DNA of 64,000 bases. It comes from Bispira polyomma (lineage: Eukaryota). Positions 25,961 to 38,500 of this stretch are shown here, in pieces (within the stretch, counting starts at the first letter, position 1; the number at the start of each line of letters is the position of its first letter). Where the stretch lies: assembly GCA_965649765.1 (NCBI GenBank), contig OZ287754.1:30442001-30506000 (forward strand), written 5' to 3'. Both the position numbers and the translations under genes were made by a program. Below the pieces are notes generated by a model. It did not search any database and was not told the origin of the DNA. It saw only the letters and a list, made by a program, of their open reading frames with translations.

Positions 25961-26205
25961 CTATTATATACGTCACAAGTTTGCGAATGACGTGTTTATT
26001 GTACGTCATTTATGTATTACGTCATAAAACGTGGGAAAACTTTACGGCGTTTAAAGATACGTAAACATTCAGTGTAGCTGCATTTCGACGTCACATTTAG
26101 CGTGACACATTTGCCGTAGTTGAAAGAAAAGCATAACATTTTTTGCTGTATTTATGGATTTGAGTTTTAGATGAGTCTGTTCTAGGAATGATTAAATTGA
26201 CGTGT
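25961..26205 (-). promoter_or_regulatory. Putative promoter: TATA-like element plus six TGACGT/ACGTCA (CRE/ATF half-site-like) motifs
   Basis: Motifs at 25970, 25988, 26003, 26019, 26088 and 26198; TATATAATAG on the minus strand at 25961-25970; local CpG enrichment. Confidence 0.55.
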
Positions 26206-26436
26206 AGGATAGGCTCTGTGTTAATGTTAAGAGTATTTTTTTTTCAATGGCAAAATTTCCCAGGTGTAATGCCTTTAGATTATATACATTCAACATAAAC
26301 ACCAACGTTTTTTCTGAAATAAATTTCGTGTTAAAGGTTTTCAATTGTGTATTCATTACAGACCACTGGGTGACATATTACAGCACAAATAATCTTGTCA
26401 TATATACATGTACTTGTATTTTCTTATTTCTTACAG

Positions 26437-26686
26437 GGGCCGCGGTGGCCTAGTGGTTAGCAAGCATTGCGCTTCAGAATCACTGGTCTCTCACCTCTGG
26501 CCGGCGTGAGTTCGAATCCCGTCGATGCCTATGTGGGAAAGGTGGTAGTTCCTTACTGTGGGCCGCTGGTTTCTCTGCAGAACCTTGACCGACTGTATGC
26601 AGTGTTTCCTCCAGCATTTCCAACTACCCGTCCCAATATAACCTACTAAAAGGTACTAGAGTGGATGTTAAATATCCAAATTCAAA
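26437..26686 (+). mobile_element. tRNA-derived SINE (family A), full length
   Basis: A box gtggcctagtggtt, B box gagttcgaatccc, (CAAATT)n tail; 16-bp TSD ttcttatttctt(a/g)cag at 26421-26436 and 26687-26702. Confidence 0.92.
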
Positions 26687-27014
26687 TTCTTATTTCTTGC
26701 AGAAGCCCCAGGGAATGCCACGGCTACTTAAGGATCAACCGTTGGTTGTTCCCATGCTAAACTTGTACTGTAAAAACATTCACATGATGTACGAAGTCAG
26801 TACAAGAGGGCATGTGTAAGAGACCAATACTCAAACACCATAGATCACATATTAGCACGACAATTGAGCCAGTTAAAACAGCAAAAAACAAACATGTGGC
26901 ACACTTGGCCTAAAGGTGATCTGTGGTGGACAGGATATGATGTAACTAAGCAATACTATGTCCAGGGTCGTAGCTAGTGTAGGCACCCAGGCGTACCAAT
27001 TTAATGGCAGCAAA

Positions 27015-27048
<34 letters not shown>

Positions 27049-28940
27049 GTAAAATAGCCTTGTGTCTCGTAAATTCAACAGTTTTAACCTTATCTTTATG
27101 GACTTATTGTTACATTAAAAATACTGTCCTAGACGATAGTCAAAGTTGTATTTTAATCAAGACATATTAATGCACAAATTACATTGAACACATTTAATTG
27201 ATCAAGGAAATCTGAAACTATTAAATTAAGAGAACTAGCAATAAGAAATATTGGAGACATTAAATGTTAATCAAATGCAGATTTTTCTCAAAATTTATAA
27301 GCAACATATATTTGTTTGTTTTTTAATTCAACTATCTCAGCCAACATTCAATTAATTTTAAATCTTTAAAAACATCCCAAAAGTCCTACTTAAATAAGGT
27401 TTGATTGGTCCTGAAACGGCTAGGCCATTTTGGGACTAAACTCAGTACGAAAACGGCCAAGAAAAATAGGTGGCCGTTTTGAAACCGCCATAGGCCGTTT
27501 TAAAACTGCCAAGATCGGCATTCGGCCAGCTACATCTATACAGTCAAGTAATTTCAATGAAACTCTAAATTTTTTAAATCTACTCTGTTAAGTGGAACTC
27601 CTACTTAATTAATATAAGTAGTTCTAATGGACCCTTGAGACGAAGGTTAAAGCTGTTTAAATGCACTAAATATGAAGTCAAAATTTGATTTAATAACTGT
27701 AAGTACAAAAATATATAGGCTACATATATTTTTTATATCGTAAATAATAAATAGCTATCATCATACGTAATATTTTTGGTCATGTTTGAAATGTTGTCCA
27801 AAAATTTTAAATAAAACTTAAAGTCAACATATTAGTAAATATGTTGCAAACAAGAATGGTGATTAGATGTATAAACAACAGGAAAATGTATATTTGGGAG
27901 AGTGGAAATGAGCTTATAAAATCGAACATTCAGAAAATCGCAGTGTGATATAATATCAATCAATCTACATTATTTGTAAAGCTAACAATGTGTTTGACCA
28001 TTCTTTGTTAAGTCAATATATATATCCAGAATCAAACCGTTGTGCTTCTTCAGTTTTTCAATAAAAAATCCAAAATGATATTTCACATTTTATTGGCATT
28101 CTAACAAAACGAAAATAACCTCCACTCTGTCTATAACAATACCATATATTAACATTAATTGTTAAAATTCGTCAAAAAGAAGAGTATTTAGAAAATAAAT
28201 TTTGACCAGGTTTAAGTAATAGTACTACAATATTATAAAGTTGAAAGTAACAAGAAAATATAACCTTCACTCTATTAAGCCCTAAACAATACCATATATA
28301 TCTATTATTTACAAAAAAGTCACAACAAAATTTGAGAATTAGAAAAATAATAAATTTTGACCATCTGCCATCAGAATTATGGCGAAACAAGATAATACCA
28401 CTAACAACAGTTAATATCACAGATTTATATTAATACTCCATACGTTTCAAATTGAAAATGAGAGGTCTGAATAACACAGTTTTTTAGCGTATATTTTTTT
28501 TTTGTAACAACTGTATTCATTGTATAAGGTGACAAACAAATTCCCCCCCCCCCCCAAAAAAAAAAAAAATTTGATCACAAGAGCTCAATTATATAATACT
28601 CAATAAATAATAATTTAACCTGCTCTTTCGATCTGTATATAATACATATCACAGAAAAAGAAATAAGATACCTGTCATGAAAAACATCACTTAAACATTA
28701 GGCTTAGGAAATTTAGGAACTATAGATTATACAGTTAATACTATTTTTTTTCAGCAATAAAATCTATTATTATCTATAAATCGAACTATATGCACTTGGC
28801 AAAGTTATTGTTGCCATGGTTTTTTCATTTAAAAAATCTCAAATGTCACTAATATCTCAGTTTTAAATAAATCTGTCAATAGCTTAAACAATAGTCCTCC
28901 TAACTCCCAAGAAGTTGTAGATTCTTAGTAACACAGATAA

Positions 28941-30977
28941 TTAACTCGATCGGCATGGTCTCTTTCGCAGACTGACTGCTTCATTATCACAGTCATCATC
29001 AAACGCTTGGCTGTGATGCCTTTTAGTGCCAGAGACCTTGACCATGTTATTATCTTCTTTAACCAGGTTTGCATAGAATACTGAAATAGAGAAACAAAAA
29101 AACAAAGAGGTGTGAACAAAAGTTATATGTAATCTTTAAACACGCATGAACAAAAAAATCAACAAAAAATTGTTAAATTTATTTGACAAAGGTCAAAACT
29201 AATCAATTTTCAGCCTAAAATCGAATAGTAATTTTATATTCCAAATAGATGCAATTTAAAAAAAAATATCAATTATCACAATGTTTTCACAAAATATAAG
29301 AAAATTTCTGCGGCTGGCATCATTGTGATTTAAAATTATGGTAAAACATTTTAAGTTGTGTTTTAGAAGGCACTAAAACGTTCAAAGAAAGAAATCTCTG
29401 CTCATATCGTTCATGTGCTTGATTATTACAAGTGATTCTCAAAACTTGCTCCCACTTAGCTGGGCAGAGTTTTTAGAGACTGTGTTTCATTCCTGTCCTT
29501 TGGTTTGCTTGTTTGGAAACTACAAAACCAATAGACATGAAATTGGCACAGCGATGGGGTATGGGCCAAGCAGTAACACATTCAATTTTGCAGAGAATCC
29601 AGGTGGAAGGGTACATATGCTCTCTACTGAGTACCCTTCTAATTTTTGATGAATTAAAAAAGAAATGAACAATGTTACCTTGATAAGAATCTAATTCTTG
29701 TTCACTATTACTATCATCTTGATGATATTGTGAGATGATTGTTTCATCATCAACAACATGCGACTCATCAAAATCTTCATTGTAGTAACCTAAAAATTAA
29801 TAACACATCATATATTAACAGGTGAGACAAATTTATGGGATACATTGTACAATATCTTGTCTAACTAACATTTTTTGTCAAACCTAAATTTGTGTAAAAT
29901 ATTTTCACTATTTTGTTTTTGCTTATTTATAACAGCCTGGCCATATTATATAATAGTTACATGTCAAACTTGGATATATCAAACAACTATTTTGATTGAT
30001 GATATTAAAACTAAAAGTACCTTAACTAACTTAATGTTAGAAGAACATAGAAATTCTACAAATTTTCTTTGATTTAAAACATTTTCCATACCGACACTCA
30101 AGGTCAAAACAAGTTTTTTGTTTATTTTTACCTTCCCAGGGAGCCATTTTTCGCACGTTATCATAGTCAAACTCATCCACACCAACTGCCATCTCATTCC
30201 CCATGTAACCTGAAAGTAGCATGTTATTTAATTACATATACAACTAGATACTTAAATTCCTTCTTATAAACATCTTGTTCATGTTTTCACTTTCTTATAT
30301 TATAGATATCACTGAAATATTTGCAGAAAAATTACATAAAACAATTTCCACTAAAATTAAATTATACTGACTATACTATTCATGTTGGGTGTTTTCTGGC
30401 CACTGATTACTGTATAAAAATTTTTTCTCTCTAAATTACACACGTTGAGTCTGCAAACTAGTTGAATATTTCAACCTAAACTTTTTTATACTACAAATGG
30501 CATTTTTTGGCTCAGCACTACTTAAATATATTACAGTCACAGTACATTTTTAATTCTACTTTTTCACCTTAAATCTTTATTAAAATGCTGTATTTATTTC
30601 TGACAAAGGCACTATATTTGTTTACACTCACTTTCCCAGGAATCAGCAGTGTACACATGGCCCTCCTCATCCTCCCAATATTCACACAGACCATCATGCT
30701 CAATAATGTCATCATAATTGATCTCCTGAGTCGCCCCCTCCACTCTCAGACTACCCATCATCATCTCCTGGGCCTCATCCCAGGATAACACTAAACCAGT
30801 CAACACTTGGAGGAGGAAATCTCTTCTGGGCCTTACATCCACCTGACACGTGGACATCGCACAAAACAACTTCCATAAGGTGTAGGTCAGTGACTGATAC
30901 TGAATTACATCAGACTCCTTAACCTGGGACTTCCCATGGGCATGGCTGGAGGCTGTTATAAGTGTCCTATGTTCCAT
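28941..30977 (-). CDS. Four-exon gene for a 224-aa acidic protein of unknown function with a basic C-terminal NLS-like motif (exons 30977-30632, 30209-30132, 29789-29679, 29080-28941)
   Basis: All three introns are GT-AG and phase 1, with polypyrimidine tracts. The joined ORF (675 nt) is open: MEHRTLITASSHAHG...TADSWE/SYMGNEMAVG...APWE/GYYNEDFDE...DSYQ/VFYANLVKE...GTKRHHSQAFDDDCDNEAVSLRKRPCRSS*. Confidence 0.72.
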
Positions 30978-31004
30978 CAAGGCGGTGAATTTCTCAAACA
31001 GGAA

Positions 31005-31115
31005 AGACGTCACAATACTCTGTGGTGAACTCTCCATTTCAAACAATCTTTGTGACGTTAAATACATTATCAATGACGTAAGATTCGTGACGTTTTGAAA
31101 CACTGTGACGTCGTA
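31005..31115 (-). promoter_or_regulatory. Putative promoter with five TGACGT/ACGTCA motifs
   Basis: Motifs at 31007, 31053, 31074, 31088 and 31106, 30-135 bp upstream of ATG 30977. Confidence 0.55.
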
Positions 31116-31959
31116 AAAGGGTTGCTAGGTAACAAATAGCTAGTTTTGTAAGTTTGGTCAACTTGCTTTTGGTTTTTATTTGAAGCTGTGAAAACGTCGA
31201 GATTTCACTTATTTAATTGTAATAATACCATATCTTACTTTTCAATCTAATGAATAGCACTCATGATGAAGCACTCTTTAAAATAGGTGACAATAATGTA
31301 TGTGTACTATAGATGTAAGCACCATATATTCGTTTTGTTTCCCATTCTCATTTGTTTTGTGCAGAATGTACAGGGAACGTGACATACGTGGTTTCAGGGT
31401 CTTTTATGTAGTTGATATAGAATAATTATCATGTTATGACAAACAACTATACAAAATACTGTCTTGCCAGCTATATCATTGATGAAACCTTCAGTGTCAT
31501 ATTTTAGCATTTGTCTATGTGTGTGGTACCTAATGATTTGGATGTATTTTGAACATATTTTCTAGAAAGCAGGGAGTAAAAATGGTACAATGTTTAAGCT
31601 AGGATCTATTTTGTTTGTTCTGATACATGCACATTTAGCCTTGTTTTAGATTGGAATGATGCAATTCTTCGGTTATCTTAAATTTTTAAGCCAAAAGAAT
31701 TTACTGGTTCTCTTCGAATTATTTGAGTGAGCATATGTAGTGCTTGGTCAATCTTGTTACTGCTTATTTGTGCAATAGGCATTTTGGTTTTAGGGAGGCA
31801 AGTGGAAAATGTACCTATGGAGAAGCCAAAGAAAGCCATTTTTAAATATCATACTGCAAAACCGAAGACAATCAAAGGAAGCTCTTTCAAATCTGAAAAT
31901 CATTGTTACATCAAACATATAAAACACCCCTATCGCCTCATAACTCAGCTGGGAAGCTA

Positions 31960-33000
31960 GCAAATGCTATTTCTTTGCTACAAAAATCCATCCAAATCCA
32001 TACAATCCAATGGTTCACCTTATATCTGTCAGAAGATACCAAAGAGTCAGTTTCCCTGGTATTAAATCTAACAGTCATAGATTGGAGTGTTGTGTTCCCC
32101 AAGGTTCTGTTCTTGGGCCACCTCTGTACGTACAACAAACAAAACCCATTGTTAACATCAATCAATCAATCAATCATCTCAAGTTTATTTTCATCTCTAT
32201 GCTGATGACAGTCAACTATATAAACCTGTCAATCCCAATAATGTTGATGACCAGACTGCAGCCCTTGAACAAATTGAGAACGGTGTTGGTGAGCTATCAA
32301 TTGGATGTTCCAAAACAAACCAAAACTCGACAATGAGAAGACAGAATTTCCACTTGTTGGATCACATGTACAAAAGTCAAAAATAGTTGGTTATCAGTTG
32401 GTGATCTCATTGTAAAGTAAGTTTCAGTTGCACTGAATCTTGGTGTCTGGATTGATGAAAATTTAACCTTAACAAATCAAATTCTACAAAAGTCTGTCAA
32501 TCTGCCTATTTCTTTTTAAGATTTTTTGTCTCTACAAAATACTATACTTCCTTTAACAGGAGGCGACACAGACTTGTAATATTCAAACTAAACTTTGGAA
32601 ATGTACTATAATATGGACTACCAAAAAATCTAATTCACAAACTTCAGCTTGTTCAAAATGCTGCTTCATGCTTGGTTTGCCGTGTGAGGAAATATAATCG
32701 AGTCTCTATATTGAATTCCAATCCAACAACATATCAAATATAAGTTGTTGCTACCATGTTTCAAGGTCATGCATAGTTTCACATCCAACTACATCACCAG
32801 TCCAATTTTGCCATTCTCGTTCCTTGCAATCAGATTTACACACACACACTGCTGTTAGTTTCAAGAACTAAATGTAAAAGAGATGTAGAGATTGTGTTTT
32901 TTGTTTGGCACATGATTCTGGAACAGTCTGCCAATTAAATTGAGATGTTGCAAACGGCTTTAGACAGTTAAAAACATATACATTTAAATCAGAATAGGAC
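31960..33000 (+). mobile_element. Old degenerate LINE RT fragment
   Basis: WFTLYLS, VPQGSVLGP, YADDSQLY, KLQLVQNAA in broken frames. Confidence 0.8.
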
Positions 33001-33378
33001 TGGTTATCTGTCCTTATTATTCTTTTAGTACCTTTTCATACTTTTTAAAGCACTTAGTAATAGAAAAAATAAATAATAACAGAAACAGCATAGACATGCA
33101 CACTATCAGTTTGAATAATTTATTTGTGCTCTGTAAATTCATGTTTATAAAGAAAAATATCTTGTGACATGATATTTACTACATTTGCATATGTTTCGTA
33201 TTTTTGCATTTGTAAAAAGTTTTGCATACAAAAATTTCTGTCCTATGGAGAAAGCTCAAATATTTCAATCTTGTATGTGGGTAAATAATATTACCTGATG
33301 TACATTGAAGCAAAAAACATCCACCTAATAATATTAAATTTGATTATAGAAATGTCTGTAACGTGTAACGTAACGTAA

Positions 33379-34306
33379 TGTTCCACATTGCCGATTTGGC
33401 CCCGACCTTCCTGATTTTAAGGTATGGGGCGTGTCCCTATAGGTCAGGGGGCGAAAACAGGGTGAATGTGGAGGTCAGGAAGAATATCAAACATTTTTGA
33501 TATTTCGAAAAAGTCAGACTAGCATCCGGACCCTAAAAACTGGAAGGTCAGTTTCGCCAAATAAGTTTGATCAGGATTGTCATCACGTGCTGTGGAGCCG
33601 CAGTGGCCTAGTGGTTAGCAAGCATTGCGCTTCACAATCACTGGTCTCTCACCTCTGGGCAGCGTGAGTTCGAATCCTGTCGATGCCTATGTGGGAAAGG
33701 TGATAGTTCCTTACTGTGGGCCGCTGGTTTCAGTGCAGAACCTTGACCGACTGTATGCAGTGTTTCCTCCAGCGTTTCCAACTACCTGTCCCAATATAAC
33801 CTACTAAAAGGTACTAGAGTGGATGTTAAATATCCAAATTCAAGTCATTACGTGCTGTCTGATAGGTCTTATGTCACTCCAGGCCTGTCCTAACACTGGC
33901 CTGTTTACCATATAGATCGGGGAGAGAGGCGGGGGGCGAAAACAGGGCGATCTGGAAGAATACAAAACCATTTTGTCAGTTATTTTCCATCGCAGTCCCG
34001 ACCTTGATTATTATATGTACTCTCGTGAGAGACGGGGAGTATAGATGCGTCAGATCCTATCGTCGAAATCAGCAATACTAGGGTGATATGTCAGATTGTA
34101 TTGCCAATAAGTTCGATCCTAACCGAGTTCGGGGGAGGCCCGGGCAGTTTTAGTATGAACTTTAAAGTCAACGTCAAAACGGGACGCAATCAGTTAGATC
34201 GTGAATGTTGCTCCACACTTTTGCTGCCCAAAATATTAAATTTATTGTTTTTTTTCACCCAAATTTCAAAATCAGGCTGATCGTACTTGAATGTGGAACA
34301 GCCCCT
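33379..34306. mobile_element. Non-autonomous Harbinger-like element (left TIR truncated) hosting a SINE
   Basis: Left tgttccacatt is the reverse complement of part of the right end aatgtggaacagcccct, which is followed by TTA. CpG-rich interior. Confidence 0.6.
33594..33843 (+). mobile_element. tRNA-derived SINE (family A), full length
   Basis: Near-identical to 26437-26686; 15-bp TSD gtcat(c/t)acgtgctgt at 33579-33593 and 33844-33858. Confidence 0.92.
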
Positions 34307-35426
34307 TTACATTGATTACCGATTATATTAATTGTGTAATAAATTACATTTATTTTCACGGTATGGTATGCACATGATTATTTCCTCATTTATATACATT
34401 TGTGATACCTTTAAAATGTCTTAATAGCATATATTACCTGTGATAAAGAAATAACGTGTTTTTAAATTACAAACTCTGCCATCTTGAGTTTGATCCTTGG
34501 GTCTGTATTTAGGGAAGTTGTTAGAAAAATTGCTAAAGCCAGTGGTTTGCACAGCAATAAACCTTGACCAACTACCCCTGTCCTGATTTCCTTCATCAGT
34601 CAACTGCTCCTCTTGATATGACACAAATGTGTTGAAATCAATGTTAAGCCCAAACTAATCTAATGAACCTCATTAAGTGGAACCTCAAGAGATTAAGTTA
34701 AATATTTCCCCAGAAGCATGTATTGAACTTCACAAGTTCCAGTTTGCAGGAAGGGCCATTGTGGGACTACACATTTTTCTGCACATAAAAGAGAAACTGA
34801 CTTAACAGAGTTTTATTTGTTTGACTGTAGTGACAATTTGGTATTTATTTTAATGTAGTTTTATTTTATAGCTCTCCTGTCATTCATCCATATTGATGTT
34901 AATTGCTAGCTTTAAATAAACACATTTAGAAATTTATATTTAATTTTAGTAATTATTCTGTGTAAGGCAGTGACTAAAATGTTTAAGGATTTGGTTCAAT
35001 GTGAGATATAACTTTGAAGTTGACTTTAAAATGAAATGGCCTAATCTTTCAATGATCCTTTACACCAAACACATATGTATATGAGAGTAGTGGAGCATTA
35101 TGCAGTAAATATACTAATATTCCATTTATGAACTCATTTCCACTTCTCTCATGTCACTTCTATTTTATAAACATTTCTATTATCCGAATACAAGTTTGCT
35201 CACCCACCATGTGTTAAGATAAAAAATTACATTAAAAAATGTCTTCAAACAGATAGAGTTTATTCACAAGAACTGCTACAAAGGTGAAAACTACAAAAAA
35301 TAAATGCGAAAAAAAATAATATGAGCTTTTGCCTCTCCTAATTTATAATAGAAAAATGTCAAATCAACAAAATTAAATATCTTTTAGCGTCGTAAATGTA
35401 TTCACAGAAAAAAATCAAGAGAGCTG

Positions 35427-35533
35427 TCAATTAGCCATAACTGCATACAGAACAAACATCATCAGACATAATGCACTCTTCATAGACACTGCTGAGTTGT
35501 CTGGTATCCAAATGCAGGCATTGTCCTCAGCAC
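35427..35533 (-). CDS. Terminal exon with GPI-anchor signal-like tail
   Basis: [35 protein letters not shown]: small residues N-S-A, a short spacer, then a hydrophobic end with no cytoplasmic tail. Confidence 0.75.
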
Positions 35534-38500
35534 CTGCAAAAACAGATAAGACCAACCTCTAAGTGACACATATGACTTTTGTCAGGTTATACATTAACTA
35601 TTTCAGGTATGTTACAATAGCACCTTAAGATAGTACTCTGCCATTTATTTTAAAACCATAGAAATTTTCAAGAAAAAATACCAAGAAATTGACAAGGACC
35701 AAAACGTAAATAAAATGTGTGCATCCCCTGCCAAATCGAAAGTTACTTAAGCATACATGTGGTATCTTTTAGATATACACTAGCCCAAAATAAGGGAAAT
35801 GTTACTTTTAGGGCCACGCTTGTATACAGACTTCTTTTCAGATTATACTATTATTACACAACTTTGCTATTGAAAAATGATTATAAAAGTAGGGGTCAGA
35901 ATGCCTGCATTTCTTTTTTATATCAATACATGTATATATATATTTTTGTGGAAAAATAAAGTGATGAAATATCTATTTACACAGTGCAAGTGTCTACAAC
36001 CATCATTTGCCTTTTATGGATTTTTGAGGTACTTACTCGGTAACCTGATATTTTTTATTTCTTACCACAATTGTATCCACCAGGAACAGCCACTTCACCA
36101 GGCTCACAGACACCAGACTTGACAATGTACACCTCTTCACCTACAGGTTGCAGTAAAAAGGTAAAGTAAGAAACGTTAAAGTAGTTTAATATTCTAGGGC
36201 AAGATTAGAAGGAGCTTTCTCAATCACCATTTTCCAATGGCTTAGGACTGTGCCACTGACACAATCAATTTCTTTTTTAATTCAATCAAAATTACCATGG
36301 TGACAATTTTCATTGTATCCTGGTCAGAAAATAACCAGCTCTAGATCCCATCAATAAGTAGGAAGAAATTACATCAGAGTTGGAGGATTAAGATGTTTGA
36401 AGAAGAATAATTGTCCCAGGAGCTCATGTACTTACTGAGTTCACTGCTATCCTCGGTGTTGTCTATAATCTCTGACATCTGTGCGTTAAAGTTCAAGTAC
36501 TCAAACCGCAGGTCTACACAGGTGTTTGGTGTTACACAACCCCTGGTTATAGACAGTCTGGGGTTAGAGGGGTGAGTATAGTCCTCAGTTGTAGTCAGAC
36601 ACATCCTCTCTTCCTGAAGTAAACACAAGGGTGAATGTAATTAGTAAAATACAGGTGTTCGGTGTTACACAACCCCTGGTTATAGACAGTCTGGGGTTAG
36701 AGGGGTGAGTATAGTCCTCAGTTGTAGTCAGACACATCCTCTCATCCTGAAGTAAACACAAGGGTGAATGTAATTAGTAAAATACAGGTGTTCGGTGTTA
36801 CACAACCCCTGGTTATAGACAGTCTGGGGTTAGAGGGGTGAGTATAGTCCTCAGTTGTAGTCAGACACATCCTCTCTTCCTGAAGTAAACACAAGGGTGA
36901 ATGTAATTAGTAAAATACAGGTGTTCGGTGTTACACAGCCCCTGGTTATAGACAGTCTGGGGTTAGAGGGGTGGGTATAGTCCTCAGTTGTAGTCGGACA
37001 CATCCTCTCTTCCTAAAGTAAGCACAAGGGTGAATGTAATTAGTAAAATACAGGTGTTCGGTGTTACACAACCCCTGGTTATAGACAGTCTAGGGTTAGA
37101 GGGGTGAGTATAGTCCTCAGTTGTAGCCAGACACATCCTCTCTTCCTGAAGTAAACACAAGGGTGAATGTAATTAGTAAAATACAGGTGTTTGGTGTTAC
37201 ATGCTTACACAGCCCCTGGTTAGGGGCAGTCAAGGGGTTACATGGGTGGTTGCAGTCCTTAGTTATAGTGAGATACATTTTCTCTCCCTGAAGTAAACAC
37301 AAGGCTAGAAATGTAATTACACTAGAACCTCTATTATCCAAACTTCCATTACCAAAATATTTAATTTTTTGAACATAGTTGAACCCAAGTTTTCATTTAT
37401 ACTGGTAAACCTCTTCTCTTATAAAGATTCTATTATCCAAACAAAGTCTTGCTCTCCCAAAATGTTCAGATATACACACGCAAAGCACAACAGCAGAATG
37501 AATTAACCAATCAAGAAGTCAAAAAAGCATGGAAGGGTCGTAAGGAAATATGTGGGGGTGAATAGGGATGGAATTAAAGGGGGTGATAAATGAGTTTAAA
37601 GAGATGGGTTTAAAGCGCTTTTCCTAAACCCAGAAAGTGTTTCAAGTGATTTAAGCTCAAATGGGACATATAACTGTAATTCAATCATTTCTATAGCGCC
37701 CTATATATTCCGTAAGGTACTTGCTCTACAAAAGATATTGCCCTACAACATAATCTAGGTTATAATCAGTCAGACAATGGTGTGTTCATGTCTTTTTATT
37801 GTATTGTATTTTGCAAGGCATCCTCTAAAGTGCAACAACAGAATCAATTAACCAATCGAGAAGTCGGAAAAACATAACCAAGGTTATAAGAAAGGATCTG
37901 GTGGTGTGTAAGGGGGAGTGGGGGGGGGACTAAAGGAGTAAGTGAGTTTGAAGAGATAGGTTTTAAGTTGTTTCTTAAACCAAGAATGTGTTTCTAGTGA
38001 TTTGAGCTTAACTAAGAGACTATTTCATAACATACGGGCATCGATTGAGAAAGCTCTAGCTTCAGCCTTTTTGGTGAGTTTAACAGATAAAACAGAAAGC
38101 CTGTATTAAGGTTACTAACTTAAGCGAAAGACAAGTAGCAAAGTAGGGGGCTAATGAGAGACAACACCTTTGAAAGTCGTGACATGGAAACAGAGTTTGA
38201 TAATGAATGGGTACGGGTGCTGATATGAAAAGTGACTCTAGATAGATAGTTTTGAATGGGCTGTACATTATTAATTTAAAACTTTTTTACATCAAATAAA
38301 AGGGTATTGCAGAAGTCAAGGCAGTTACATATAAAGGAATTAACCAAAGTAATAGCAGTATCCAGTGACAAGTGTTTTATGATTATTTTGATACCATAAA
38401 TTTGGTAGTAACAGGAGCAACATATGTTGCTGATGTGCATATCAAGTGAGAAAGCAAAGTCAATAGTAGCATTAAGGTTCTTGATTTTATTAGAAGATTT

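Noticed and set aside
26437-26525. tRNA gene (also 21920, 33594, 55372, 57992)
   Set aside because: A/B boxes are followed by a shared non-tRNA body and, in family A, a tandem tail and TSDs; these are SINE heads.
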